Below, one piece after another: positions 10,303 through 21,729 of a DNA stretch of 64,000 bases; the first letter of the stretch is position 1, and each line of letters opens with the position of its first letter. The stretch spans positions 30,924 through 94,923 of the forward strand of contig JAQGDQ010000249.1 of assembly GCA_030141605.1 (NCBI GenBank), in the 5' to 3' direction. This DNA is from Tubiluchus corallicola. Lineage: Eukaryota; Animalia; Priapulida. A model generated the notes under the pieces. That model saw nothing but the letters and a program-made list of their open reading frames with translations, had not been told where the DNA came from and searched no databases. Made by a program: the position numbers and the translations under genes.

Positions 10303-11685
10303 ATGTCATTTGCATCATTTCTCAAAATGTGTGCCATTGTTTTTTATTTCCTTGAATGTTTTTGCATCAAAGGAACGTCGTGTAAAACTAAAACAAGGAC
10401 TGAAAATTGTAACAGCTTGTATAACCAGTACAATTTAGAAGTGCTTTATGGTAAAAACTCCAGAACACAGGGTTATTCACTCCACGGAGAGATGCTTCGA
10501 GTGGGAGCATGGAGAGAAGATGCTATGAAGCCATATCTAGATCAGCTGCTCACGATGCTCAGCCAAGCAGCAAACTTCACGTACAAGGTAACATACATCA
10601 AACGTTCGGAAACTCTAAAAAATGCAATTGATACAGGAGAATTCGACTTGTTTTTGGGCCTATGCACAATCTTACCAGAAAGAGCAAAAAGTATGACTTT
10701 TCTTCACCCACTTGTTTATAGTTCTCGTGTATTTATCACAAAAAGAAATCAATTACAAGGTTTTAGTATAGTAGACCCATTCACCACACTCGTGTGGCTG
10801 CTTCTGGTATTATATGGCATAGTAGTGGGTACAATACTTTACTATATTGACTACAGCAAAAACCTGCCGTACAACGGGGAAGTGATTATAAAATGCAGCA
10901 ACTGCCAAAGAAAACTGGAAAAACCAGTGATAAAGAATGAAAGTAAGGCGTACTTTACTCAGTTGACACTATCGTCGTACCTCCGACAAGGGGGAACATA
11001 TTTACCACAATGTTTATCCGCTAGAATGCTTATTGGATGGTGGTGGATTTTTGCTTGCATCATCACAGCCATGTACACGGGCACACTGGTTAGTGAATTA
11101 TTTGTAAGCAAGCAAGTTTATCCATTCACTACATTGCAAGAGTTGATAGACAGCGACATAGTTCCTGTTACACTAGGTCAGTTGAGCGCCACCTTGCAAA
11201 TGAAAAACAGGCCGGAATTTAGACAACTGTGGCAGAGAATGAAAGCGGATCGTAATGTACCTGCTGACAATGAAGAAGCAGCATTAGAGCTGACAGCTAC
11301 TGGAAAATACACCTTCTTCACAGAAGAGACTTATGCAAAGCTCTTCTTAATTAAGGATTATGAATTATATGAAAAATGCAGATTTTCTGTTTCCCCGTTG
11401 TTGAAATTTTCGTCACCATCAGCATTAGTTGTACCAAAGAAAAGTAACTTCACAGAAGCGCTAAATTTTGCTCTTGCTACATTAAAAGAACACGGTCTTG
11501 TGGATGAACTGCTACAACAATTACTGCAGCCTTCGGAAAAATGCTTAGACTCACCTGTTCAGCATGTGGGCACATTATCAATTAATGTGGAGCAACTTGA
11601 CGTAGTTTTTTGGGGGTTGATATTTGGAATCGGTGTAGCATTGTTTACATTTATTAGCGAGCTTGCTTACAAGAAGTTTATGTGA
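10303..11685 (+). CDS. iGluR/IR-like channel, copy 2 (460 aa; Arg at Q/R-equivalent site)
   Basis: Full-length paralog of copy 1; pore loop reads SSYLRQGG. Confidence 0.92.
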   Translation: MSFASFLKMCAIVFYFLECFCIKGTSCKTKTRTENCNSLYNQYNLEVLYGKNSRTQGYSLHGEMLRVGAWREDAMKPYLDQLLTMLSQAANFTYKVTYIKRSETLKNAIDTGEFDLFLGLCTILPERAKSMTFLHPLVYSSRVFITKRNQLQGFSIVDPFTTLVWLLLVLYGIVVGTILYYIDYSKNLPYNGEVIIKCSNCQRKLEKPVIKNESKAYFTQLTLSSYLRQGGTYLPQCLSARMLIGWWWIFACIITAMYTGTLVSELFVSKQVYPFTTLQELIDSDIVPVTLGQLSATLQMKNRPEFRQLWQRMKADRNVPADNEEAALELTATGKYTFFTEETYAKLFLIKDYELYEKCRFSVSPLLKFSSPSALVVPKKSNFTEALNFALATLKEHGLVDELLQQLLQPSEKCLDSPVQHVGTLSINVEQLDVVFWGLIFGIGVALFTFISELAYKKFM

Positions 11686-12479
11686 AAATCAATAGTTTAT
11701 GTGCTGACCTCATTGCTGACGGATTTGTAGATGATAATCATTTATCAGCTAACAGTGGATATGCTAAATTCAAACTAAATGATGAAATTGACTGGAGTGT
11801 GTTCAGTATACGAGTAGATAAGATATCTCATTGTAAAAGTCAGTTGTTTAGCTGATGCGGTAAACTATGTATAACTTGAACTGATATAATTTGAATTCTT
11901 GCGTATCTCGAACAGATCTTGTGGACCGGATTTTCCTTTCACTTTTCCATTTAATAAACATCGTGTAACTCAGATTATCGCATAACTTGAACCAAATTCC
12001 CGGTACAGTTTTTACGAAATGTACTGAAATTATCTTGCCTGTATGGAACAGCCTCCCAAGAGAGAAGTCTTACGTGAAAGCGTTCACCACATTACGATTT
12101 TAACTGCTAGTTTCAGTGAAAATGCTAAATTGCTTGTGTTACCTTAGTAGAACGCTGCACACGACATGGCTTAACGAACATGGTATAACGTAGATCACAA
12201 TATTAGTATTGCTAAATTCTATTAACAGTGGTACTCAGACTACAGTACATGATGTAGGCATGGTGACTGTAGGTCTGGTGCCAGATTTAGACTTGGTGGG
12301 GCCCTAGACTATATAAAGCCCTGGGCCTGGTCTCAGAAAACTTGGAAATAAATACGCCTCTTAATTATTTAATATCAAAGTGAGCAATACAAATTATTTT
12401 CAAATGAATGACTTACTGGCAACATATTAATAATTTGGTTTGCTTAAACTCTGTCATGTACATTTTGTGTTATAATGAA

Positions 12480-13340
12480 ATGCAGCTATGACGGATGACC
12501 CAAATACTAAACAAAGGGGAGAAATAGCAAAAATTGAAAAAAAATCGTAAAAAATGTAAATCTCGAAAATTTTGGAAATCATTTAACAACTTTTATAAGG
12601 TTTATCAGAAAAACAGTTAAAGAAAGCATTGCTTAATACTATTTTAAATTAAATTATGTTTTAATCTGTTGTGTCATTTTTGAAATCTTAGCAACTTTTA
12701 GATTTTATCATTCTGATTTTAATCTTTAATCACCTTAATTTTTCTTAATTGGGTATGACTTTTATCAGTACTTTTACTTCTTAGTACTTTTAGCCTAAAA
12801 TGGTGTTTTACCCCTAATCTAGTTCTATTATATTTAGTAAATAATTTTTAACTGTTTTTTAATCTTTCAATTTTTCAGTTTTCAATTATACTTTATGAAT
12901 TTTTTTAATTTTAACTTTATGACTCTTATTAGACTTATTTTATGAAACTTATTAACAATTTAAAATTCCTAATTCTTGATGCTTGGGGTTTTAATTAAAA
13001 TGTTCATTTAATTTAATATGTGCTACTAAAGTGTAATTTTTATTTGTTTAATTTCACTTATTTGAAATTATCTATTTAAAGTGCTAATCATGCATGGACC
13101 ATCATGGAAATATTGTATTATATTCAATTATGATCCACATCCATGTAAAAAAATAAATTTCTGTTTTATTCTGTTCTTAGGATGATCCATGATTCGTTTT
13201 GAGTGAATCCACTTGGCAATTTCAAAGGAGATCTTGTTTGAAACTTGTTCTCCTATAGGCCCCGTGTTAGCGAAAATTTTAAAAAATCGTAAAAATTTAA
13301 ATTCAAAATTTTGAAAATCCGCAAAAAGATGATTCTGTGT
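12480..13340. repeat. Very AT-rich unclassified repeat block present in most spacers
   Basis: The block from gcagctatgacggatgacccaaatac to gtgaatccacttggc...aaaattttgaaaatcc recurs in the spacers of copies 2-13 and is mostly deleted after copy 1. Confidence 0.7.
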
Positions 13341-14439
13341 CTGTTAGTTCCACATCCTGACCTGACATTTCTTACAACTTTGATCCCAATGTGGAGTGTT
13401 AGGAGTTTTCCTTAGATTTATTATATAACCTGTTGCGACGAAGCTTTTGTATTCTTATGTTGGGATTCATCCAAGGATCATTTCCGTTTTGTTTGATTTG
13501 GGATAGATCCACAACACAGTTTGTAAATGCATCAATAATTAACTTGCATGTTTGGTTTACATTGAGAGTTATTAAAGCATCCAGATGACATTTGATAATT
13601 GATTTGAAAAATATAAAGTATCAACATTTTCATACTTCAAAACTTTTCTCACATACCTTTTTACTTAATATATATATAAATTTCATATGGCTCAATATAG
13701 GACAGTGTCTGCATGCATCAGCAGTCGCAGTCTGCACAAACGTTCCAGCAAACCAGTTTGGAATATTTGTAATGATAAGATCTAAACATGATTTTGATTC
13801 TGGTGAAATGTGAGTGGCTTCGTTTATTAATGGATGCAGACTTTAATTAAGTAAATGATACAAAATCTGATTCAACTCTTCTCTTCCCCTCCCATTTCCT
13901 CTCTTATGGCATTTTGATCTATTCTTTTTTATTCTACTTCGTTCAACAGTTTTGCACTTTCGTTCTTTCTAATCTAATTTGCAGCTTGTACCTCGCGGTT
14001 AGAGCTTAGCATAGTATATTTGCTCTTGTACAGTTTTCGCATCTGCTAGCACTAGATCCGCATACAAAAGCCAAATCTTTTGATACCTAACAAACAATCG
14101 TATAGGCAATATCGTCTTTGCAATATAATATTAGTTTAGGTGTTGAGGTAACATTAGCTAGGTGGTAATATTAACACAGGTGGCAACACGAGAAGCCTTA
14201 TTAAACACGAGACAGTTTGACAGATAAAACAAACATGTAGACTGGCACCCGGTGAATTAGCATACAGACTATTATGATTAATGCAAATATATTTACAAAG
14301 TAATCGACCATAACATATTAGCATTGTAGTATAAAAGTGGTCAGCTGAAGAAATTTCATCATCATCCTCCCTGGATAGGCATATTATGATTGTATAACGT
14401 GAATCAGCTAAAGTTAATGACTCAATGTTCAAAGCAAAA

Positions 14440-15822
14440 ATGACATTTGCATCATTTCTCAAAACGTGTGCCATTGTGTTTTATTTCCTTGAATGTTTTT
14501 GCATCAAAGGAACGTTGTGTAAAACTAAAACAAGGACTGAAAATTGTAACAGCTCGTATAACCTGTTCAATTTAGATGCGCTTTATGGTAAAAACTCCGG
14601 AACAGAGGGTTATTCACTCCACGGAGAGATGCTTCGAGTGGGAGCATGGAGAGACGATGCTACGAAGCCATATCTAGATCAGCTGCTCACGATGCTCAGC
14701 CAAGCAGCAAACTTCACGTACAAGGTGACATACATTAAACGTTCAGGAACTCTAAAAAATGTAATTGATACAGGAGAATTCGACTTGTTATTGGGATTAG
14801 TCACAATGTTACCAGAAAGAGCAAAAAGTATGACGTTTCTTCACCCACTTGTTTATAGTTCTCATGTATTTATCACAAAAAGACATCAATTACAAGGTTT
14901 CAGTATAATAGATCCATTCACCACACTCGTGTGGCTGCTTCTGGTATTATATGGCATAGTTGTGGGTACAATACTTTACTATATTGACTACAGCAAAAAC
15001 CTGCCGTACATCGAGGAAGAGATTATAAAATGCAGCAACTGCCAAAGAAAACTGGAAAAACCAGTGATAAAGAATGAAAGTAAGGCGTACTTTACTCGGT
15101 TCACACTATCGTCGTACCTTCAACAAGGTGGAACATATTTACCAGAATGTTTATCTGCTAGGATGCTTATCGGATGGTGGTGGATTTTTGCTTGCATCAT
15201 CACAGCCATGTACACGGGCACACTGGTTAGTAAATTATTTGTAAGCAAGCAAGTTTATCCATTCTCTACATTGCAAGAATTGATAGACAGCGACATAGTT
15301 CCTGTTACACTAGGTCAGTTCAGTGGCGCCATGCAGATGAAAAACAGACCGGAATTTAGACAACTGTGGCAGAGAATGAAAGTAGATCCTAATGTACCTA
15401 CCGACAGTGCAGAGATGGCATTGGAACTGACAGCTACTGGAAAATACACCTACTTCGGAGAAGAGACAAATACAAAGTTCTTCTTAATTAAGGATTATGA
15501 ATTGCACGGAAAATGCAGATTTTCTGTTTCCCCGTTGTTGAAATTTTTGTCACCATCAGCATTAGTTGTACAAAAGAAAAGTAACTACACTGATGTCCTA
15601 AATTTTGCTCTTGCTACATTAAAGGAACACGGTCTTGTGGACAAACTGCTACAACGATTACTGCAGCCTTCGGAAAAATGTTTAGACTCACCTGTTCAGC
15701 ATGTAGGCACGTTATCAATTAATGTGGAGCAACTTGACGTAGTTTTTTGGGGGTTGATATATGGAATCGGTGTAGCATTGTTTACAGTTATTAGCAAGCT
15801 TGCTTACAAGAAGTTTATGTGA
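14440..15822 (+). CDS. iGluR/IR-like channel, copy 3 (460 aa; alternative in-frame ATG at 14425)
   Basis: Full-length paralog; start assigned by homology to the other copies. Confidence 0.92.
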   Translation: MTFASFLKTCAIVFYFLECFCIKGTLCKTKTRTENCNSSYNLFNLDALYGKNSGTEGYSLHGEMLRVGAWRDDATKPYLDQLLTMLSQAANFTYKVTYIKRSGTLKNVIDTGEFDLLLGLVTMLPERAKSMTFLHPLVYSSHVFITKRHQLQGFSIIDPFTTLVWLLLVLYGIVVGTILYYIDYSKNLPYIEEEIIKCSNCQRKLEKPVIKNESKAYFTRFTLSSYLQQGGTYLPECLSARMLIGWWWIFACIITAMYTGTLVSKLFVSKQVYPFSTLQELIDSDIVPVTLGQFSGAMQMKNRPEFRQLWQRMKVDPNVPTDSAEMALELTATGKYTYFGEETNTKFFLIKDYELHGKCRFSVSPLLKFLSPSALVVQKKSNYTDVLNFALATLKEHGLVDKLLQRLLQPSEKCLDSPVQHVGTLSINVEQLDVVFWGLIYGIGVALFTVISKLAYKKFM

Positions 15823-17186
15823 AAAGCAACAGATATTGTACTAACCCTACAATCTCCAATCATTTACCCTTTTCAAGGTCATCAATAACTGCTGCTTGTT
15901 GGCTGATCTCAAACAGTTTTCCTATCTAATGATGGTAGTACATGTGCAGCTAAAAAAGAAGTGTGCCATGCAGTTCAGCATTGTGATAATCATAAACTGT
16001 CACAGATTTGATGCATTTAATCCACAATTTCAGGCTGTTTCCTTCAAATAACCTTGTGTATTGCAAAATGTTTCTTCGGCCGTGAAAAGCATCTGGAAAC
16101 GTCAGACTAGACAAACTTTACCTTTCAAAACACCTACTTTCACACTTTTATATTCCTTGATTAGCATAAAGTTTTCCCATTACATGGTCGAACAACATAG
16201 GTGTAACATGTTCTTGTAATACTTTCCTAAAGGTGGCAGCACTTTATAAACATGTGCTTTACGTAATAGGTATATCAAGATGTAACATGATGTACCAAAA
16301 GTGGGATAAGTCATAATACGTCATAAATTATTTATTTTACATAACACCTTTACAACAACTTTGTGTAGCAAAATATGATATTGTGTTCTGCAGCAAACAA
16401 GACCAGGCCATACTCTGCTATAGTATTCTTTTACTTGTTCAATGATGAATATCAACAATTTAACATGATGCTCAAACCAGTGTGACATCCCCGTGAGAGT
16501 CAGTAAGCCAACATAAAACTTAGTCCCTTAACCTAGCAAAAGTGCAGCTTGTTGTCTGTTAACCTATTAAAGGTTGCACAACAACTTCACACTCACACAC
16601 TAAATCTGTGCATCTAGGCAATGTATCTAACTCCAGGCTTACATAGAACGTACTTCCTCAGGTTAGCAAGAATGCAGCTTGTTGTCTGTTAACTTATTAA
16701 AGGTTGCACAACAACTGCACACTCACAGAATAAATCCGTGCATCTAGGCAATGTATGTAACTCCAGGCTTATATAGAACGTACTTCCTCAGGTTAGCAAG
16801 AATGCAGCTTGTTGTCTGTTAACCTATTAAAGGTTGCACAACAACTTCACACTCGCACATTAAATCTGTGCATCTAGGCAATGTATCTAACTCCAGGGTC
16901 ATATAGAACGTACTTCCTCAGCCTAGTGAGTTGTGTCTACCAAGAGTACTTTTCTTACTTGCTCAGGCTTATTTGAAATATTGTTCCATAGCCTGTATTG
17001 AGCTGTACCAACTAGTACTTACCAGGTATTATCAAGCTGCTCATTAGAGCAAGAACATATTCGTCATCTGCGGTTACTACTGACCTAATTGCTGATGGAT
17101 TTGTACGTGATAATTAGCTGTCAGCTAAGAGTGGATAAGCTAAATGGAAAGTAAATGATGAAATTTATTGGAGTATGTTCCATATG

Positions 17187-19736
17187 CAGGCCACTTTATT
17201 TAGGTCATTTGACCTAAATAGCCTAAATAGCTTATTTAGGTTGTTTTTCAGATTTTATTTAGGTCATTTTAGGTTTTTGTTAAATTAGTGCTGAATTCGA
17301 TGCCAAAAAGTCAGATTTTTAGGCTGTTATAGTGATATTCATTTATTTTGTTCTTTCATTTCAACACAGTGAATAAATTGTACCAAATTATTCCTTATCA
17401 CTATCAGTTATCACATTTTCATCAGTTCGAAAAACTGTTTTGGTTGGAGGCACCCCTCCAGGCTGAAGTCTGTCATGCTCTGCTTGTAGCAATCTTTGAT
17501 TTCCCCAACAATGCTAAAGTCAGCCTCTACAGTAGCAGTTGACGGAAAGAGAGTTGCATGTCCTCCAGAAAATTCCATCAAGGAAGAGTAGCGATCGAAG
17601 TTCTTCCAAGCTTGAAGGAATGGTGTGTCGTCCGTCATCGTATCCAATGCAGTCTTGGTGGGTTCATTGTCTCTGTAGTCTCTCTTCAGACCATGAAATT
17701 CTGTCTCAAGGTTTTCAATCTGTTTTTGGTCCCATCCAGCATCTCGGAGACGAACTAAATTTTTTCGAATCAAGTTTGTTAAATCCGCTCCTGACAGCTT
17801 CACCAAGGCTCGAGGCAATAAATTAGGGAGTTCCAACAAACTTGCCCCGGTCTCGTCGTCAGCATCAAGAACACCTTGAATTCCGTCAACTAGTCCAGTG
17901 AACAGCCTCCCAAAGGATCGGTAAATCTTCACCCTCTCATCTTCCGTACAGCCATCCAGTACATTTGAGACCCACAAACCCAAATTGAAAGTGAACCTCT
18001 CCCCTTCTTCATCGGAACACATGAATTTTCCATCGTCATCTTCTTCAACCTCACACAGCTCCTTTACATTCGAAATGAGTTTCCTGACTTTCTCTCGTTG
18101 CTCCATCAGGTGAATTTTCTTTCCCTGTAGGTAAGACACTGTAACTTGGACATCAGTGGCAACCAAATTCAGTCCACATAGTAGGATCCACCATGGTCCG
18201 GGTTTACGAGCTTCACCTACACCAGGGTTCTTTTCCTCCAAGTACTCAAGCACTCTTTCCTTGTGCTCCACAAGCCAAGAAGTCACCCGCTTCAGCGAAC
18301 TCCACCTTGTGTTCACGAACCGCGGACAGGTAGATTTCATCTCGGATTGTAGGTTGTATTGCCTCCGCAAATAGTTGATCAACTGGCAGAGACTGGGAAC
18401 GAAATTTCCTTCACCGAATTCCGAGTACTTGTCCTGCATGACAAGGTCAATCTGATGTAACTGGCACCATACCTTGAAGATTGGCTCCTCAGCTGTCTGT
18501 CCAAAACGAGTTGCCACACCTGAGATGGTGCCCGTCATTGTAGGTTCACCATCGCTAGTGAAAGCGATCAGTCGTCGACGCCAGGTTGGCAGAATCGCGT
18601 CCAGCAACTTGCCGCATGCATTGAAAATGTTTGCAGCTGTTTTCCGGTAATGCATTGGCACAGCGAGCAAGTGGAGATTCTGCACATCTCCAGCATAGTA
18701 GAATCGGACGCGGATGTCGAGGTAGTTCATTCCACATTTGTGGCCTGAGTCAATTGCAATTAAGAAAGCCCAACACTTGCTTAGGATGTCTGAGAGCTTT
18801 TGCAGGTTCGCTGCAACAAAAACACGTACAAACGTTGCACATTTTCCTTCGGTGCAGCCCACGTAAACAGCAGAGTTTGTTTCCTCTTTTGTTGACTTAG
18901 CAAAAGCCGCAGCTTGTCGGAAACTCGCTCCATCGTGAATAAACTTGACTGCTAGTCGAAACTGAGAAGACGACTTTAGGTTGACCTCAAGCTGATTGTC
19001 GTCATCCCTGTCCTCGAACACTGCCATTGCACGAGCGAAAGAAAGTCCCTCGAGGTCACCAGGATCGAACAACATCCCACCAATGATGTCATTCACGATT
19101 GAAGCTTTCACTTTGAAGCGAATAAGTGCCTCACCTTCAAAATGGATCGCCAACGTTTGCTCTCGAGGGACAGTTTTGTCAAAGAATTTCTTCTTATCTT
19201 CTGAGCTGAGTTTTTGATAATCACTCCACCTAACTGCATGTTGATTTTCTAAATGTTGTTTGTAGTGACCTGCTCGAAATGTTGTGAACAGCTTGACATT
19301 TTCTGTTCGCTGGCGTTTGGCTCCTGGCTTCTCCTCGCGACCAAAATAATAACAAAACTCACATCGTGAAGCCACGACTGCCTGCGTCTTCGGGTGCCTC
19401 TGCACGATCTTCAGCCCATAAGCAAGCTCGTGGGATGGACTAAAAGAAGCCATCTATGACTGAGGAGAGACAAGGAAGAATTAGAACGAGTAGGCCTAGT
19501 CTCATTTAAGTAAAAGAAAGTATGGGGGCTTGACGACGCAACAATCAATGACGTCACAATGATTACGGGACGCCACGTGGCTTGTTTCTTCTAATTCTCG
19601 CTCCTCCGACGCGCAAAAAAGCAGCGACGATCCGAAAAATGAAAAAGAGCAAAAATGTTATTTAGGTTGTTTTTCAAATCTTATTTAGGTCATTTTAGGT
19701 CATTTTAGGCCTAAACAACCTAAATAAAGTGGCCTG
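17187..19736 (-). mobile_element. Complete autonomous hAT-superfamily DNA transposon (2,550 bp)
   Basis: Perfect 19-bp TIRs CAGGCCACTTTATTTAGGT; perfect 8-bp TSD TCCATATG (17179-17186 and 19737-19744); subterminal (A/T)TTTAGG(T) repeats at both ends; the empty site ttccatatgtgagtagatga is visible in the paralogous spacer at ~8571. Confidence 0.95.
17411..19453 (-). CDS. hAT-type DDE transposase (680 aa)
   Basis: N-terminal CxxC...HxxxxH zinc-finger-like motif (RCEFC...QHLENQH); catalytic D (IAIDSG), D (FTSDGEPTMTG), CxxH (WCQLHQ), RW (TRWSS) and C-terminal PSTATVEADFS carrying the catalytic E. Uninterrupted ORF between the TIRs. Confidence 0.88.
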   Translation of the reverse strand: MASFSPSHELAYGLKIVQRHPKTQAVVASRCEFCYYFGREEKPGAKRQRTENVKLFTTFRAGHYKQHLENQHAVRWSDYQKLSSEDKKKFFDKTVPREQTLAIHFEGEALIRFKVKASIVNDIIGGMLFDPGDLEGLSFARAMAVFEDRDDDNQLEVNLKSSSQFRLAVKFIHDGASFRQAAAFAKSTKEETNSAVYVGCTEGKCATFVRVFVAANLQKLSDILSKCWAFLIAIDSGHKCGMNYLDIRVRFYYAGDVQNLHLLAVPMHYRKTAANIFNACGKLLDAILPTWRRRLIAFTSDGEPTMTGTISGVATRFGQTAEEPIFKVWCQLHQIDLVMQDKYSEFGEGNFVPSLCQLINYLRRQYNLQSEMKSTCPRFVNTRWSSLKRVTSWLVEHKERVLEYLEEKNPGVGEARKPGPWWILLCGLNLVATDVQVTVSYLQGKKIHLMEQREKVRKLISNVKELCEVEEDDDGKFMCSDEEGERFTFNLGLWVSNVLDGCTEDERVKIYRSFGRLFTGLVDGIQGVLDADDETGASLLELPNLLPRALVKLSGADLTNLIRKNLVRLRDAGWDQKQIENLETEFHGLKRDYRDNEPTKTALDTMTDDTPFLQAWKNFDRYSSLMEFSGGHATLFPSTATVEADFSIVGEIKDCYKQSMTDFSLEGCLQPKQFFELMKM

Positions 19737-21729
19737 TCCATATGTGAGTAGATGAGATATCTCATTGTAAAAGTCAGTTGTTTATCTGATACAGTAAACT
19801 ATGTATAACTTGAACTGGTATAACTCGAATTCTTGCGTATCTCGAACTGGTCCCCTGGACCAGATTTTTTCCTTTCATTTATCCCTTTAATAAACATCGT
19901 GTAACTCAAAATCTGCAACTCAAACTATCGCATTAAGTTCCAAGCACAGTTTTTAAGAATCAGATTGAAATGACCTCGCCTGTCGGGAACAGCCTCCCAA
20001 GCGAGAAGTTCTTTGTGAAAATGTGCACCACATTACGATTTTAACTGCTAGTTTCAGCAAAAATGCTAAATTGCTTGTGTTACCTTAATAGAATGCTGCA
20101 CACAACATGACTTAGCAAACATGGTTTAATGTATATCATAATATTATTATTGCCAAATTCTATTAACCATGCTACTCAAACTACACAATACATGACATAG
20201 ACTTGGTGAGATTCTGCCATATACATTTTGTATTATAATAAATTGCAGCTATGACGGATGACCCAAATACTAAACTAAAGAAAGCATTGCTTAATACTAT
20301 TTTAAATTAAATTATATTTTAATCTGTTGTCTCATTTGTGAAATCTTACTAACCTTTAGATTTTATCATTATGATTTTAATCTTTAATCACCTTAATTTT
20401 GACCTTATGTAGTTTTATTCTTAACTACTGTTTAGCAATGATAATTTTAAACATTTAATTTTTCTTTATTGGGTGTGACTTTTATTAGTACTTTTACTTT
20501 TACTTCGTAGCACTTTTAGTCTAAAATGTTGTTTTACCCCTAATCTAGTTCTGTTACACTTAGTAAATAATTTTTAACTGTTTTTTAATCTTTAAATTTG
20601 TCATTTTTCAATTATACTTTGTAAATTTTTTTGAATTTTAACTTTATAACTCTTAATAGACTTATTTTCTGAAACTTGTTAACAATTTAAAATTCCTAAT
20701 TCTTGATGCTTAAGGTTGTAATTAAAATGTTCATTTAATTTAATGTATGCTATTAATGTGTAATTTTTATTTGTTTAATTTCACTTATTTGAAATTATCT
20801 ATTTAAAGTGCTAATCATGCATGAACCATCGTGAAAATATTGTATTATATTCAGTTCTGATTCACATCCATGTAAAAAATAAATTTCTGTTTTATTCTGT
20901 TCTAAGGATGATCCATGATTTGTTTAGAGTGAATCCACTTGGCGATTTCAAAGGAGATGTTGTTTGAAACCTTTCTCCTATAGGGCCCCGTATTAGCGAA
21001 AATTTAAAAAAATGCATAAAATTTAAGGAATTAAAATTTTGAAAATCCGCAAAAACATGATTTTGTGTCTGTTAATTCCAAGTCCTGACCTAACATTTCT
21101 TACAGCTTTAATCCCAATGTGGAGTGTTAGGAGTTTTCCTTAAATTTATTATATAACCTGTTGCGACGAAGCTTTTGTATTGTTATATTGGGATTCATCC
21201 AAGGATCGTTTCCTGGATGATTCGTTACTGTTTGATTTGGGATAGATCCACAACACAGTTTGTAAATGCATCAATAACTAACTTGCATGTTTGGTTTACA
21301 TTGAGAGTTATTAAAGCATCCAGATGACACTTGATAATTGATTAGGAAAAATATAAAGTATCAACATTATATCAACACATCTGCTAGCTCCAGTGCGCAT
21401 ACAAAAGCCAGGTCTTTTGAAACCTAGCAAACAAATGCATAGCCAATAACGTTTACGAAGATGTATGTTTTGCAGAATTCTGCTTTTCAATATGTTATTA
21501 GGTTAGGTGTTGAGGTAACATTAGCTAGGTGATAATATTAACACAGTTGGCAACAAGAGAAGCCATATTAAACAACAGTATTAAATATATTTACAAAGTA
21601 CTCGACCATAACATTGGCATTGTAGTATAAGTGGTCAGCTGAACACATTTTCATCTTTGCTGCATAGTCATATTATGACTGTATAATGTGAATCAGCTAA
21701 AGTTTGTGATTCAAACCAACAAAGCAAAA

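Noticed and set aside
16543-16925. 130-bp repeats considered as a CRISPR-like or RNA gene array
   Set aside because: The units are contiguous with no unique spacers, the context is eukaryotic, and no tRNA/rRNA/snRNA motifs were recognised.
17539-19217. Small ORFs within the transposon
   Set aside because: They are antisense or out-of-frame overlaps of the transposase ORF.
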